Assembly (NCBI GenBank): GCA_038831915.1
Contig: JAWBKB010000004.1
Span: 42,253 to 106,252, forward strand
Reading direction: 5' to 3'
Length of the DNA stretch: 64,000 nucleotides
From: Candidatus Caldarchaeum sp.
GTDB lineage: Archaea; Thermoproteota; Nitrososphaeria_A; Caldarchaeales; Caldarchaeaceae
Shown here: positions 18,968 through 29,834 of the stretch, piece by piece
Layout: every line of letters starts with the position of its first letter
How positions within the stretch are numbered: the stretch's first letter is position 1
Notes under the pieces: generated by a model
Seen by the model: only the letters and a program-made list of their open reading frames with translations
Databases searched by the model: none
What the model was told of the DNA's origin: nothing
Made by a program: the position numbers and the translations under genes

Positions 18968-19966
18968 TTATGCCTGTTTTGAAGGCGGGGCCTCCACTTC
19001 GTGTAGGAAACACGCGGAGAACCTGTTTTCGCCTGTTTGGAACATCGGCGGCACCGCGGTCTCGCATTTTCCCTTCATGTAGAATGGACATCGTGGATAG
19101 AATCGACAACCAGAGGGGGGGTTGATAAGGCTGGGCGGCTCACCAGCCACGACTTTCCTCAAAACAAGCCTGTTCCGGGGGTCTGGGTCAGGAATAGCTT
19201 CGATCAGGAATTGAGTGTAAGGATGCTTCGGGTTTCTTAGAACCTCTTTAGTCGGACCTGTTTCCACAAACTTGCCCGCGTACATCACTACTATGCGGTC
19301 TGAGAAATATTTCGCGGTAGCGATGTCGTGAGTGATGTAAACCATGGTTAGGCCTAGTTTTCTTTGAATTTCCCGGAGCAGTAACAGAATTTCAACCCGT
19401 ATAGAGGCATCGAGCATTGTCACTGGCTCGTCGGCTACGATGAATTCGGGTTTCGAAATGATGGCTCTAGCGATTGCAACTCTCTGTCTCTGGCCTCCGC
19501 TTAACTGGTGCGGATACTTGTATGCGAAATCGGACGTTGGTATCAGTTTGACGTCTTCCAGGGCTTTCATCACCATTTCTTCACGTTCTTTCGGCGTGCC
19601 TATTCCGTGAACCACCAACGGCTCCTCCACTATTCGGTAAATGGTAAACATCGCGTTGAGGCTTGAATACGGGTCCTGGAAGATTGCCCCTACTCTTCGT
19701 CGGATTTTTCTTAACTCACTTCCGTCGACGTTGTTTATATCGATTCCGTCGAAGAAAATTTTTCCAGAATACGGTTTTACGGCTCCGAGCAATGCCTTAC
19801 CGAAGGTGGTTTTTCCGCATCCACTTTCTCCTACCAACGCTACTGTTTCACCTTTGTTTATTGAGAGCGATGCGTCATCAACGGCCTTTACCATCCCAAT
19901 TGTTTTGAACAGCTTTCTAATTGGGAAGTAGACTTTTAGGTTTTCTACTTTGATGAATTCCGTCAT
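18968..19966 (-). CDS. Oligopeptide ABC transporter ATPase (OppF/DppF)
   Basis: GESGCGKT, LSGGQRQR, ADEP, HPYT, GCRFYPRCP. Confidence 0.93.
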   Translation of the reverse strand: MTEFIKVENLKVYFPIRKLFKTIGMVKAVDDASLSINKGETVALVGESGCGKTTFGKALLGAVKPYSGKIFFDGIDINNVDGSELRKIRRRVGAIFQDPYSSLNAMFTIYRIVEEPLVVHGIGTPKEREEMVMKALEDVKLIPTSDFAYKYPHQLSGGQRQRVAIARAIISKPEFIVADEPVTMLDASIRVEILLLLREIQRKLGLTMVYITHDIATAKYFSDRIVVMYAGKFVETGPTKEVLRNPKHPYTQFLIEAIPDPDPRNRLVLRKVVAGEPPSLINPPSGCRFYPRCPFYMKGKCETAVPPMFQTGENRFSACFLHEVEAPPSKQA

Positions 19967-20926
19967 TTATTTCTCACCAAGCAGCCAACACGACGCAACA
20001 TAGTCTTCCGCGATTTCGATTGTCGGCGGCTCTTCAACGTTGCATTTGTCCTGTATTGCGTAGGGGCATCTCGGATGGAAACGGCAACCTAGTGGAGGAT
20101 TTATCAGGTCCGGCGGCGCTCCTGGAATGAAGCGCGGCTCTTTCTCGGTCCGAAGCGTCGGAACGCTTTCGATGAGTAGTTGTGTGTATGGATGTTTGGG
20201 TGTGGTGAAAATCTTGTCGGCCGGGCCGTTTTCCACGATTCTGCCCGCGTACATGATCGCGACCTTGTCGGCCAGCTCGCTCGCCAAAGCCAAGTCGTGT
20301 GTGATGAAAATGTACGAAGTTCCAATGTCGTTTTTCATTTTTTTCAACAGGTTCATGATGTTGGCCTGAGTGATGATGTCCAAAGCTGAAGTTGGTTCGT
20401 CTAGTATGACTATTTTGGGATTAGTTACTAACGCCATGGCTATCGCGACTCTTTGCCGCATTCCGCCGCTGAGTTCATGAGGATACCTTGAGGCCATGTC
20501 TGGGTTGATGCCGAGATACGAAAGAGTTTCCACTGCTTTCTTTTTCGCTTCCTCTTTCGATACGCCGAATTCATAGATTAAAGGCTCCGCTACCTGTCGG
20601 AAAATGGGAATGACGGGGTTTAAAGTGTTCATCGCCCCTTGAAACACTATCGAAATTCCGTTCAGACGAACTTTTTTCCTAAATTCTTCTTCGTTGAGCT
20701 TCATCACTTCCATTCCGTTGAAGAAAATCTGTCCTTGGAATTTTGCTGTGTTTTTCGGCGGCAGGCGGATGAGACATAAGGCAAGGGAGGATTTGCCTGA
20801 ACCGCTTTCCCCGACGATCGCGAGAGTTTCGCGTTCGCCGAGTTCGAAGCTTACGTCATCAACAGCCTTGACTATTCCCCGCTCTGATTCGTAGTAAAGG
20901 AATAGATGGTCAGCTTTGAGGACCAA
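19967..20926 (-). CDS. Oligopeptide ABC transporter ATPase (OppD/DppD)
   Basis: GESGSGKS, LSGGMRQR, LDEPTSALD, GCRFHPRCP. Confidence 0.93.
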   Translation of the reverse strand: MVLKADHLFLYYESERGIVKAVDDVSFELGERETLAIVGESGSGKSSLALCLIRLPPKNTAKFQGQIFFNGMEVMKLNEEEFRKKVRLNGISIVFQGAMNTLNPVIPIFRQVAEPLIYEFGVSKEEAKKKAVETLSYLGINPDMASRYPHELSGGMRQRVAIAMALVTNPKIVILDEPTSALDIITQANIMNLLKKMKNDIGTSYIFITHDLALASELADKVAIMYAGRIVENGPADKIFTTPKHPYTQLLIESVPTLRTEKEPRFIPGAPPDLINPPLGCRFHPRCPYAIQDKCNVEEPPTIEIAEDYVASCWLLGEK

Positions 20927-20969
20927 CTTATTCCCAAAAAAAAGTTAAGGATGATTTAAAAAACTTGTT

Positions 20970-23720
20970 TTAGCTCGGTTTTGGCCTGCGGACCACGGAC
21001 AAGACGGAGATAACCAGTGCGATTATCGAAACAACGAGGACCAGCTGTGCAGTCAATAGTATGGTACCAGCGGTTCGCGTCAGTTCTCCAACGCTTTCGT
21101 TGATAGTCGTTGCCGAAGCCGATATGGTGTTCACTGCTGTCTCGACTCTTGACACACGGTCGCTTACTGCCGTAACACGTTCGCCGACAGTGTTTACAGC
21201 GCCTTGGACACCTGTCAACGCCGCCGCCAAGTCTCTGCTAATCGCTCCAAGCCTCTCAAGTACCTCTCGAGAGACGACTTCGATGCTTTCGACAAGCGGC
21301 TCGATGTTTAGAACGTCGACGAATTCTTTGACTGCGGCTACAGACGCTACTTCATCGCTATAAGCTGCTATGGTGAATTCATAGAGTCCACCGGGTCTTA
21401 ATGTTTTGGTGAAGTCGGGCGACAGCCTGATGATGAATCTAGTGGGTGTCACTCGGTCAGCTGTTCCTACCGCTAGAATTTCGCCGGTCACAGGGTCTTT
21501 CACCAAGTAGATGGCGTAAAGTGGTGCGGGGCCACTTACATCGATGAGTAGCAGTGATTCGCCTCCGGGTGTGATGGTGCTTTTGCCGACGCCGGCGATT
21601 TCAACTGTTGGGGGCAGTCCGAAGAAGTGGTCTCCTGGTCTGTACGGATATGTTGGGTCTCTGAAAGCTTCGAGCTTGAGGTACTGGGCTGCGCTGTCGA
21701 AAGCGGTCAGCATGTACGGGCCGTTGCTAACCCAGATGATACCATATCTTGAATGCCATGCCAGAGCCGCGTCGAATCTTGCTACTGCGTTTTCACGTGT
21801 TTCAAAGACCCGTCCACCGACCGTGAACACGCCTTCTGGGAAGAACCCGGCTGCTTTGAATTCTGATATCTTGCTGGCGACAGCCGCGGCGTGGTCTCTC
21901 AACACGATGCTCAGCCAAGGAACGCCTCTCGCCGTTGCGGCTGAGTCGCTGTAAGCATATGTTCGGTCAGTGTAAACTAGCGCGTCCATGGCTGCTTGAA
22001 TTTCCCATGGTACAATCATGCATGGAGCTGATGTGAGCCAGACATTGGCTTGGCTGGCGATGTAGTTGGGGCTAAAATGCCAATAGTCGATGTAGACTTC
22101 GACACGGTTGTCGGGAAGGATTCTGATTCCTCTCAGTATTTCGAAGAATGGCCGGTTAGCTGAAGCGGCGGCGCTTTCAAGCGCGGATTTCGCAGGGTCA
22201 GCTGTCAAGTCCCACATGCTCGACAACATGTACAGCAAGTCCGCCATAGATATCCAGATTCCATGATGCCACTTTGAGGCGAAGAACTTAGAGTAGTCGA
22301 AGGTTACTCTGCTGGTCGCTTTCACACCTGAGCCGACTGCCACCCATCTGTCGTTCGCCGCATCCCAGACGACCGCGTCGGATGGCACGTCAAGTTTTCC
22401 ATCTGGCCCAGCAGTGGTCACGTCAAAGGAGGCTCTGACAGGTATTGGAAGACCGTTGAACGGATGAGGATAGATCGCAGGGTCGCATGTGCTCCCAGCC
22501 GGGTCAACAGAATACACATCTCTGAATCCACCGATTGGGTTCCATGCCGTTCTTTCCGTCCAAACCCAGAGATGCCCAACTTTTAGAGTTGCTTTGTCAG
22601 GCACGTAAGCGTTACGAATGACGTGCCAAGCTCTCAGACCCGCGCCGACGTCGTTTGTGATGCCGACGACCTTGTCCGATGTGATGTAGGCGTCAAGCCG
22701 TGTAACACCCCAGATTCTAATGGATTCTAAGATGCCCAATTCAGCAAGCTGTCGATACAACCGGTCTCTTTCTTCTTTGCTTTTGAATTCACCCTTGTAT
22801 ATTTTCTGGCCTATTTCGTCTGCTAACTTGTTTTCGTACTGCCAGAAGCCTTCTTCAGCCCATCCCGGCATGAAAGTGTACCAAGGTGCGTTAAACTGGT
22901 TTATCGAGCCCACGTCGTACTTGGCGACAGCGGTTTTACCCCATCCTTCGGTGTATAGATGCCACTGGAAGTCCTTGGGGTCTGTGCCGTAGATGATCTG
23001 TATGGCAGGGCCGAACGTCAGATAAATTCTTTCAACCGTGAACCCAAGTTTTTCAAGCTCAACCGCAAAAGAGTCGCCCATCTGCCTTCGCTCGTCTTCG
23101 ATTCGGATGATGAACTTCAGTGTAACTGGTTTGCCTTGGAAAACCCATTTTCCAGCGACTTTCTCAGCACCGAGTTTTCTCATCTCTTCGTCGACTATCG
23201 CCGCCGCGAGGGCCGGGTCATACTTGAATTCGTACTTTGCCAGAATGTCGAAGATTGTTGTGTAGTCTGGGTCGACTGAGCTCAAGAATGAATACATAGG
23301 CAGAGCAAGGCCTCCGAAGACATCGCGCACTAAGAATTCACGGTTGAAAACGTAGTTCAGAGCGAAACGAATTCTTTCATTTGATAATGGGTTGAGCTCG
23401 CCCGCGGGGGCTGGAGCCGGGTTTAGAACAATATTGTTGAGGCCCGATGCAGCGGTGTAGAGACGTACTTCCCTGACTCCAACCAAAGCCCTCGCTTGAG
23501 CAGCTCTCAGCCCGAACTGGTAAATGTCGATGTCTCCTCTTCTGACCGCTTCAGGCGCTAGGTCGAGAGGCACCCGTGTGTATTCAACCACATCAGCCGC
23601 GGGACCAGGTCGGGTGTGTGGTGCTGTGTACTGTGCCGCTGCAAGTGGCAATGTCGACAACGCCAACAACGCTACGACAACACCGACGAATAATGTGTAA
23701 AATTTTGTTGCGTTTTTCAT
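20970..23720 (-). CDS. Oligopeptide ABC transporter substrate-binding protein with coiled-coil stalk and C-terminal TM anchor
   Basis: Signal peptide, NPLSNERIRFALNY, SNGPYML, heptad-rich tail and terminal TM helix. Confidence 0.88.
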   Translation of the reverse strand: MKNATKFYTLFVGVVVALLALSTLPLAAAQYTAPHTRPGPAADVVEYTRVPLDLAPEAVRRGDIDIYQFGLRAAQARALVGVREVRLYTAASGLNNIVLNPAPAPAGELNPLSNERIRFALNYVFNREFLVRDVFGGLALPMYSFLSSVDPDYTTIFDILAKYEFKYDPALAAAIVDEEMRKLGAEKVAGKWVFQGKPVTLKFIIRIEDERRQMGDSFAVELEKLGFTVERIYLTFGPAIQIIYGTDPKDFQWHLYTEGWGKTAVAKYDVGSINQFNAPWYTFMPGWAEEGFWQYENKLADEIGQKIYKGEFKSKEERDRLYRQLAELGILESIRIWGVTRLDAYITSDKVVGITNDVGAGLRAWHVIRNAYVPDKATLKVGHLWVWTERTAWNPIGGFRDVYSVDPAGSTCDPAIYPHPFNGLPIPVRASFDVTTAGPDGKLDVPSDAVVWDAANDRWVAVGSGVKATSRVTFDYSKFFASKWHHGIWISMADLLYMLSSMWDLTADPAKSALESAAASANRPFFEILRGIRILPDNRVEVYIDYWHFSPNYIASQANVWLTSAPCMIVPWEIQAAMDALVYTDRTYAYSDSAATARGVPWLSIVLRDHAAAVASKISEFKAAGFFPEGVFTVGGRVFETRENAVARFDAALAWHSRYGIIWVSNGPYMLTAFDSAAQYLKLEAFRDPTYPYRPGDHFFGLPPTVEIAGVGKSTITPGGESLLLIDVSGPAPLYAIYLVKDPVTGEILAVGTADRVTPTRFIIRLSPDFTKTLRPGGLYEFTIAAYSDEVASVAAVKEFVDVLNIEPLVESIEVVSREVLERLGAISRDLAAALTGVQGAVNTVGERVTAVSDRVSRVETAVNTISASATTINESVGELTRTAGTILLTAQLVLVVSIIALVISVLSVVRRPKPS

Positions 23721-23877
23721 ACGCGTATATAGTCTCTCATCCTCTTTATATTCTTTCCCCAAAACGACGCCGGAAAGTAGTTATGTGTTCTTAAACAAAG
23801 GGTAATTGTCTTGATGGTTTACCGTCGAAAATACGCTAAAGATTTTTAGTAGCACTGTAGTTTATATTGCGAAGGTC

Positions 23878-24924
23878 ATGGGTTTAGGCAGGACGTTAGC
23901 CATTAAAGCCATAACGCTTGTAATCGTCCTTCTAGGAGTTCTTCTACTGACTTCCGCAATTCTCGGAGCGACAGGAGTTTCTAATAAGATTTTAATGGCG
24001 ATTGTAAACGAAGAAGTCCGCGGTTTTCGACAATCGATTTCCAGGACGATTACTGACCCTGAAGCGTTGAACCGAGCGGTAAGAGAATATGAACAGCAGC
24101 TTATAAGAAGCTACGGACTCGACCAGCCATGGTATCTACGGCTTGGAGACATGGTCTTTCGCATCGTGTTGCTTGATTTAGGGAACGCGAAAAATCTGCA
24201 AAGCTTCGCAGGAAGCAAAAGAGTCGCCGACATCATATCAGAAAGAATCCCTATCACAGTGCTCCTGGTAACAACAGCTATCGCTATAAACTCATTCATA
24301 GGGGTTGTTGTAGGACCGAGGCTTGCTATGAGAATCGGGTCTAAATTCGACCAAGTCGTTTCTTATTTCTCGGCTATTAGCTATGCATTGCCAACATGGT
24401 GGACTGGAATACTTTTCATCCTAGTGTTTGCTTTCTACCTGCGAGTCTTTCCGTTCGGCGGGATGTATAGTTCTCCGCCGCCTGCGGACGAACTTGGGAG
24501 ATTTCTCGACTTGTTGTGGCATGCGGCTTTACCGGTCACAGTGCTGGTGCTGGCCAACGTAGGGGTGAGCATCTACGTTACACGAACCCTTGTTCTAAAC
24601 GTCTCCCAAGAAGACTTTGTAATGGCCGCCAAGGCCAGAGGATTGCCTGAAAAAATTGTCCGCCGAAGATACGTGATGAGAGTAGCTGCTCCACCCATCT
24701 TAACAAACATTATCCTAGCGTTGGCGGGGTCGATAGGCGGGGCCATTCTCACTGAAGCTGTGTTTAGCTGGCCTGGGCTGGGAACACTTTTCTACCAAGC
24801 AATCACGACTTCAGACGAAGCGTTAATCCTCGGCCTCACATACATATTTACTTTGATTTATGTGGTGGCGAGATTTTTGCTCGAAGCCATGTACGTCGTG
24901 CTCGACCCAAGGGTGAGAATTTAG
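23878..24924 (+). CDS. Oligopeptide ABC permease (OppB/DppB)
   Basis: YGLDQPWY, EDFVMAAKARGL, LTEAVFSWPGLG, LDPRVR. Confidence 0.92.
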   Translation: MGLGRTLAIKAITLVIVLLGVLLLTSAILGATGVSNKILMAIVNEEVRGFRQSISRTITDPEALNRAVREYEQQLIRSYGLDQPWYLRLGDMVFRIVLLDLGNAKNLQSFAGSKRVADIISERIPITVLLVTTAIAINSFIGVVVGPRLAMRIGSKFDQVVSYFSAISYALPTWWTGILFILVFAFYLRVFPFGGMYSSPPPADELGRFLDLLWHAALPVTVLVLANVGVSIYVTRTLVLNVSQEDFVMAAKARGLPEKIVRRRYVMRVAAPPILTNIILALAGSIGGAILTEAVFSWPGLGTLFYQAITTSDEALILGLTYIFTLIYVVARFLLEAMYVVLDPRVRI

Positions 24925-26355
24925 TTGGCGATAACTCCGCGGGATTCGTTCAAAATTTTTTGGTCCTATGGCAGGTCCAAAGCAGGGGTTTTTCTCTTGG
25001 TTTTCTTCATCGCGGTCTCTCTATACGTAGTGGCGACCTATTCGCCCGAATATTCTCGATTGATCTGGAATAACCCTGCAGCCTGGGAAGAATATCCCAA
25101 AAGCGTTCCACCAGTTTGGACAAACTTCTTCTCACCTATCACTCGACTTGAAAACACTATCTTGACGACGGGGTCACCCCGTGTGACAACCATGGGTTCA
25201 GACAGGATATACACATGGACCATACGGTACAACTATGTCGCTGATGAATTCCCGACTTTTCTGTTATTCCGAGTTGAAGAGCTCCGTTACTGGAGATCTC
25301 CGCCCATCATAACGCTCTCCGTTGAAAGACCAGACGGCTCCAAAATCGACCTTTTCACATTCATTCCGCCGCCGCCACGGCCCGGCGAAAATCCTCCAAT
25401 AATAAGGTTTGACGCATCGCCATACAGGGTTAAGCTTGACGCAGAAACCCAGACGACGAGAGCCGTTTCAAGCTTCCTATTCGAAAAATATCAGTTAGTG
25501 ATTTCGCCATCGGACATTGCGTCAACGGGTGTCCAACCATATGTCTTCGGTCAGCCTCGGGCAGACAAAAACTTCACCGTGCTCAAAGGTGTGTACGAAT
25601 TTCAGATAAACGCGCGTGTATTCGATGAAAGAGATGCCATCTCCCGGAGTGCTGTTGTATTGGGAGGGGCGGTCTATGGGTTAATGGGCACGGATACGAT
25701 TGGCCGAGACCTCGCTGTGGGGCTTCTTCTAGGTTTTCCAACATCGCTTTTCGTAGGAGTTATCACATCGGTGTTTGTGACGGCGATAGGAGCTGTTCTG
25801 GGAACAGTTGGTGGTTACCTGGGTGGTAGAGTCGACGAACTCATACAAAGAGCAGCGGACATCGTGAACAACATCCCCCTACTTCCGCTAACAATTTTCC
25901 TCATTTTCGTCATCGGCCCATCGATCACTAACATCGTTCTCGTGCTTGTGGTGTTCGGCTGGCCCGGCCTGACGATAATAGTGAGGTCGGTCGTCCTGCA
26001 AGTCCGTGAATCTCAATTCGTCGAAGTCGCAAAAGTACTTGGCAGCTCTACTTCACGACTCGTTTTCCTCCACATAATGCCTCAAGTTCTTCCTTTCATC
26101 GTTGCACAGATGATTTTCTTCGTTCCCAACTTCATCCTTCTCGAGGCAGCGCTGAGCTTCCTCGGACTCGGCGACCCGTCTCTGCCAACATGGGGGCAGC
26201 TCCTCGAGCTAGGGTTTAGAAACAACGCCGTCTACCTTGGATACTGGTGGTGGATACTGCCGCCCGGGCTCCTCATCGTCATAGTCGCCGTCGTCTTCGT
26301 CTTAATAGCGCTCGGCATGGAACCAGTGGTCAACCCGCGTCTAAGAAGAAGATAA
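24925..26355 (+). CDS. Oligopeptide ABC permease (OppC/DppC)
   Basis: MGTDTIGRD, EAALSFLGLG, WWWILPPG. Confidence 0.92.
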   Translation: MAITPRDSFKIFWSYGRSKAGVFLLVFFIAVSLYVVATYSPEYSRLIWNNPAAWEEYPKSVPPVWTNFFSPITRLENTILTTGSPRVTTMGSDRIYTWTIRYNYVADEFPTFLLFRVEELRYWRSPPIITLSVERPDGSKIDLFTFIPPPPRPGENPPIIRFDASPYRVKLDAETQTTRAVSSFLFEKYQLVISPSDIASTGVQPYVFGQPRADKNFTVLKGVYEFQINARVFDERDAISRSAVVLGGAVYGLMGTDTIGRDLAVGLLLGFPTSLFVGVITSVFVTAIGAVLGTVGGYLGGRVDELIQRAADIVNNIPLLPLTIFLIFVIGPSITNIVLVLVVFGWPGLTIIVRSVVLQVRESQFVEVAKVLGSSTSRLVFLHIMPQVLPFIVAQMIFFVPNFILLEAALSFLGLGDPSLPTWGQLLELGFRNNAVYLGYWWWILPPGLLIVIVAVVFVLIALGMEPVVNPRLRRR

Positions 26356-26409
26356 AGCCTAAAAACACTCATTAAAAATAAATAACGCTGACACGATATG
26401 ATGTTTTGG

Positions 26410-26486
26410 GCCCAGGTGGTATAGCCAGGTTAGCATCGCCGGCTGTCGCCCGGCGGACCCGGGTTCAAATCCCGGCCTGGGCGCCA
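26410..26486 (+). tRNA. tRNA-Asp(GTC), intronless, CCA encoded
   Basis: GCCCAGG/CCTGGGC acceptor stem, GCCGG-CT-GTC-GC-CCGGC anticodon arm, GGTTCAAATCC T arm. Confidence 0.95.
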
Positions 26487-26492
26487 GTCTTC

Positions 26493-27752
26493 CTACAACC
26501 TATATCCTCGCAGTGATTTTTCGAAAGTCATTTCTTCGAAGTTGATTCCGAGTTGTTTCGCGTAGCGGTATGATTCTAAGATTTCCTCCCTTGTTGGGTA
26601 GCGGGCCATTTCGGCATAGCGTTTGTCAAACCTTGGGTCGGCTGGGTTGCAGTAGCAATCGGGATGATATTGATCCATTATGTTAACAGGCGTTTCCGGC
26701 ATATTCTTCGCTATCCATTCGAGAACAGGTTTCGTGCAGCACTCCACATGGCTAGGCATGATGAGATGCCTAATCACGATGTCTTCTTCATGGTCATATA
26801 TGATTTTATGGTTCTGAGAAACGGTTTCAAAATACCATGGAGTCCGTGACAGATGGATAGCGCATCGGTTGTTGCCGAACTTAAAATCTGGAAGCCAAAT
26901 GTCCACGAGGTCGAGAATAATCTCCATGGTGTCACCGCTCATGTACATGTTTGAGTTCCAAAGTATCGGTGTGTTGAACTCGCCTTCATAGTATGCGTTG
27001 CGGACGTCAAGCGGGTAGGGATAGTAACCGTCGGCCTTAACTTCCAGCGCTTCGGCGTAAACCTCTTTAAAGAATTTGAGCATGCTAATTGCTTCTACGA
27101 TGGTGTGAAGATGAATAGTCGGCTCACCGCCCACGAGGTTGATGTTATGGCATCCTTCCATGCGCAGCTGCCACATCACCCATGAGAGTGTCTGCGGGGT
27201 GAAAACCATTCCGTTATTTTTGTCGTGGCTGATGTCGGCGTTCTGACAGAAAACGCATCGCATGTTGCATGACGTGAAGAATATGGTTCCGGAGCCTTTG
27301 GTACCTCTTATGGGAAGTTCTTCGCCGCTGTGGTGGAAGTAGCTTGATACACGTGATTCGGATTCTAGCTGACAGGTGCCATGCTTGGTTCCAGCAGTTC
27401 GATCAACTCTGCAGTTCCACTTGCAGAAATTGCAATGGGTCAGCATCTTTTTCACCAAAGCTACTTTCACATCCAGATAGTTGGGCCTTGCTGGGGTAAG
27501 TTCTTTCAAAGAAATTGTTCCATCCCTTATTTCACGCCGAATCTTGTTGAACTTCTCAGCGGCTCTGCGATGAATTTGCCAAAGAGATGCCTCATCGAGC
27601 AGCGACGGATTTTCATCAACTTCCACTCTTCTGCAGAGGAGGTATTTCGCCGGCATTTTGTTTATGGCGACTTCATAATACCAGCTCAGCTTGCCCCGGA
27701 TTTCGGGGGTCTGCCACACTTCGAGAGTGGCGAAGCTAGCCATTCCCCGCAT
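26493..27752 (-). CDS. Radical SAM protein, PflX-like
   Basis: GSGTIFFTSCNMRCVFCQN, NINLVGGEP, PDFKFGN, RHLIMP. Confidence 0.88.
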   Translation of the reverse strand: MRGMASFATLEVWQTPEIRGKLSWYYEVAINKMPAKYLLCRRVEVDENPSLLDEASLWQIHRRAAEKFNKIRREIRDGTISLKELTPARPNYLDVKVALVKKMLTHCNFCKWNCRVDRTAGTKHGTCQLESESRVSSYFHHSGEELPIRGTKGSGTIFFTSCNMRCVFCQNADISHDKNNGMVFTPQTLSWVMWQLRMEGCHNINLVGGEPTIHLHTIVEAISMLKFFKEVYAEALEVKADGYYPYPLDVRNAYYEGEFNTPILWNSNMYMSGDTMEIILDLVDIWLPDFKFGNNRCAIHLSRTPWYFETVSQNHKIIYDHEEDIVIRHLIMPSHVECCTKPVLEWIAKNMPETPVNIMDQYHPDCYCNPADPRFDKRYAEMARYPTREEILESYRYAKQLGINFEEMTFEKSLRGYRL

Positions 27753-27815
27753 ACACGTCTGCGTGACGGGTTGAAAAACTTATGCTTTTATCAAAGTTGT
27801 CGACGGCTAATTGCC

Positions 27816-28835
27816 GTGTACAGCGTCAGCGTTATCAAAGGCGATGGAATCGGGCCGCACATCGTCGAAGAAACTCTGGGCCTGCTCAGATGGCTCGGCG
27901 ACGCCTTCAATTTCAGCATGGCGTTTCGAGACGCACCAGCCGGCGACAAAGTCTTAAGTGAAACAGGTATCGCCCTACCCGCAGACTCGTTCAAAACCAT
28001 CGTCTCGAGCGATGCCTGTCTTAAGGGCCCTGTGGGCCAAACAGCTAGAGACGTCATAGTTTATCTTCGGCAGAAGCTCGACCTCTACGCAAACATCAGA
28101 CCTTTCAAAAATCTGCCAGGTATAAAATCCAAATGGAGCGGTGTCGACTTCGTAATCGTCCGCGAAAACACGGAAGATTTGTACAGGTCTGTTGAAGACG
28201 TCGGCGTCGACCACGCCGTCGCTTTACTCGTGATTACTCGGAAGGCGTCTGAAAGAATCGCACGAACAGCTTTTGATATTGCTTCGCGTAGGAGGAAAAA
28301 AGTGACGATCGTGCACAAGTCGAACGTGGTCCGCTCGTACACGCTTTTTAGAGATGTCTGCTTTGAAGTGGGGAAAAGTTTTCCACAGGTAAGCGTTGAT
28401 GAAATGTATGTGGACAACGCTGCGTATCAAATGGTTATAAACCCTCAAAATTTTGATGTGATTTTGACTCCGAACATGTTTGGCGATATTTTGAGCGACC
28501 TCGCTGCCGGGATAGTCGGAACCATCGGCGTGGCAGGGTCTGCGAATGTTGGTGATAACTTCGGCTTGTTTGAGCCTGTTCACGGCTCCGCTCCAACACT
28601 GAATCCGGAGTTGGCGAACCCAACAGCCCAACTATTCGCGGCCAAAATGATGCTCGAATGGCTGGGCGAGAAAAAAGCCGACAGAAATTTAATCGAAGCA
28701 GCCAAAATACTCGAGAACAGTATTGTTGAAGTTCTCCGGGAAGGTAAAGTTTTGACCATGGATTTAGGAGGAAATGCGACGTGTAGACAATTCGTCGAAA
28801 CACTCAAAGCGAAAATTCGGGCATCGATTGGGTGA
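27816..28835 (+). CDS. Isocitrate/isopropylmalate dehydrogenase family (LeuB-like)
   Basis: KGDGIGP, LDLYANIRP, VRENTE, NMFGDILSD, FEPVHGSAP; start moved to GTG 27816. Confidence 0.88.
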   Translation: MYSVSVIKGDGIGPHIVEETLGLLRWLGDAFNFSMAFRDAPAGDKVLSETGIALPADSFKTIVSSDACLKGPVGQTARDVIVYLRQKLDLYANIRPFKNLPGIKSKWSGVDFVIVRENTEDLYRSVEDVGVDHAVALLVITRKASERIARTAFDIASRRRKKVTIVHKSNVVRSYTLFRDVCFEVGKSFPQVSVDEMYVDNAAYQMVINPQNFDVILTPNMFGDILSDLAAGIVGTIGVAGSANVGDNFGLFEPVHGSAPTLNPELANPTAQLFAAKMMLEWLGEKKADRNLIEAAKILENSIVEVLREGKVLTMDLGGNATCRQFVETLKAKIRASIG

Positions 28836-29818
28836 ATAATTTTTTGACCAGAGGGGTTTTCCTGTCGCCGGCGAGCTCAGCGAACCTTGGTCCTGGTTAT
28901 GATGTTTTCGCTCTAGCACTTGCCAAGCCAAACTTAAGACTTTCGATAGAAATTTCTGATGGAACGGGAACTTCCATAGAGGTGGAAGGACGTTATAGAG
29001 ACGAGATTCCACGCGACCCGAATATCAACGCCGCTGCCAAGGCAGCGAAAATAGTTCTCCAGACCTACAGAATCGAGAAGGAAGTTCATCTCAAACTCGA
29101 TGCATCGATTCCTCCCCGCAAGGGCCTAGGGGCCAGCGGCGCCGAAGCTGCAGCAGCAGTTTATGGCTTGAACGAGCTTTTGAACCTGAGGTTAACTAGG
29201 GATGAAATGGTGTTTTTAGCGGCCAAAGCCGAGCCGGGTGAGCATCTAGATAACGTTTCAGCATCCATTCATGGTGGATTCGTGATCTGCCTGCGCGACG
29301 TACTCGGGTATCGAACAGCGACTTTACCGCCGCCCCCTGGACTCGGTCTGATAATCATAGTGCCCAACGTCTTCAAAGAATCAACCGCGGCCGCGCGGAA
29401 AGCAGTGCCAGAAACAGTCTCCATTACTGAGCAGGTGGAAATAGCGGCAAAAACGGCCGCCACTGCGGCAGCAATCGCTACAGGCGATGTAGGTCTCTTT
29501 CTGCGGGCTGTTTTGTTGGACCCGGTCGTTGAACGGCGAAGAGCCGAAACCGGTGTTTACGGGAAAGTGAACTGGGATGCTCTTTTCGAAGAAAAGAAGC
29601 TACTGTACCAGAGATATGGAGTCTCTGAGGTTATCAGCGGCGCGGGGCCTTCGCGGCTACTTCTATTTGATAAGCGACTCGACAAAGCAGAAATGGGCAA
29701 AAGAAAGGTTGATGAAGCTGTGGCCACAGTAGTCGCCAATATTGAAAAAACCGGGGTGAAAGTATTAGAAATAATTGAAACCGAGCCCGATGTTTTTGGA
29801 TGTCGCAAAATAGACTAA
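28832..29818 (+). CDS. thrB: Homoserine kinase (GHMP family)
   Basis: PASSANLGPGYD, GLGASGA, HLDNV, ISGAGPS. Confidence 0.9.
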   Translation: MNNFLTRGVFLSPASSANLGPGYDVFALALAKPNLRLSIEISDGTGTSIEVEGRYRDEIPRDPNINAAAKAAKIVLQTYRIEKEVHLKLDASIPPRKGLGASGAEAAAAVYGLNELLNLRLTRDEMVFLAAKAEPGEHLDNVSASIHGGFVICLRDVLGYRTATLPPPPGLGLIIIVPNVFKESTAAARKAVPETVSITEQVEIAAKTAATAAAIATGDVGLFLRAVLLDPVVERRRAETGVYGKVNWDALFEEKKLLYQRYGVSEVISGAGPSRLLLFDKRLDKAEMGKRKVDEAVATVVANIEKTGVKVLEIIETEPDVFGCRKID

Positions 29819-29834
29819 ATAATGCAGTTGGCCG

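Noticed and set aside
26410-26486. tRNA-Asp as partner or source of the 4196-4230 fragment
   Set aside because: They share the GCCGG-CT anticodon stem, but the acceptor and D stems differ.
27381-27815. Long N-terminal extensions of ORFs starting at 781, 19109, 27381 and 40298
   Set aside because: They overlap well-supported neighbouring genes, and family motifs start only at the downstream start codons.
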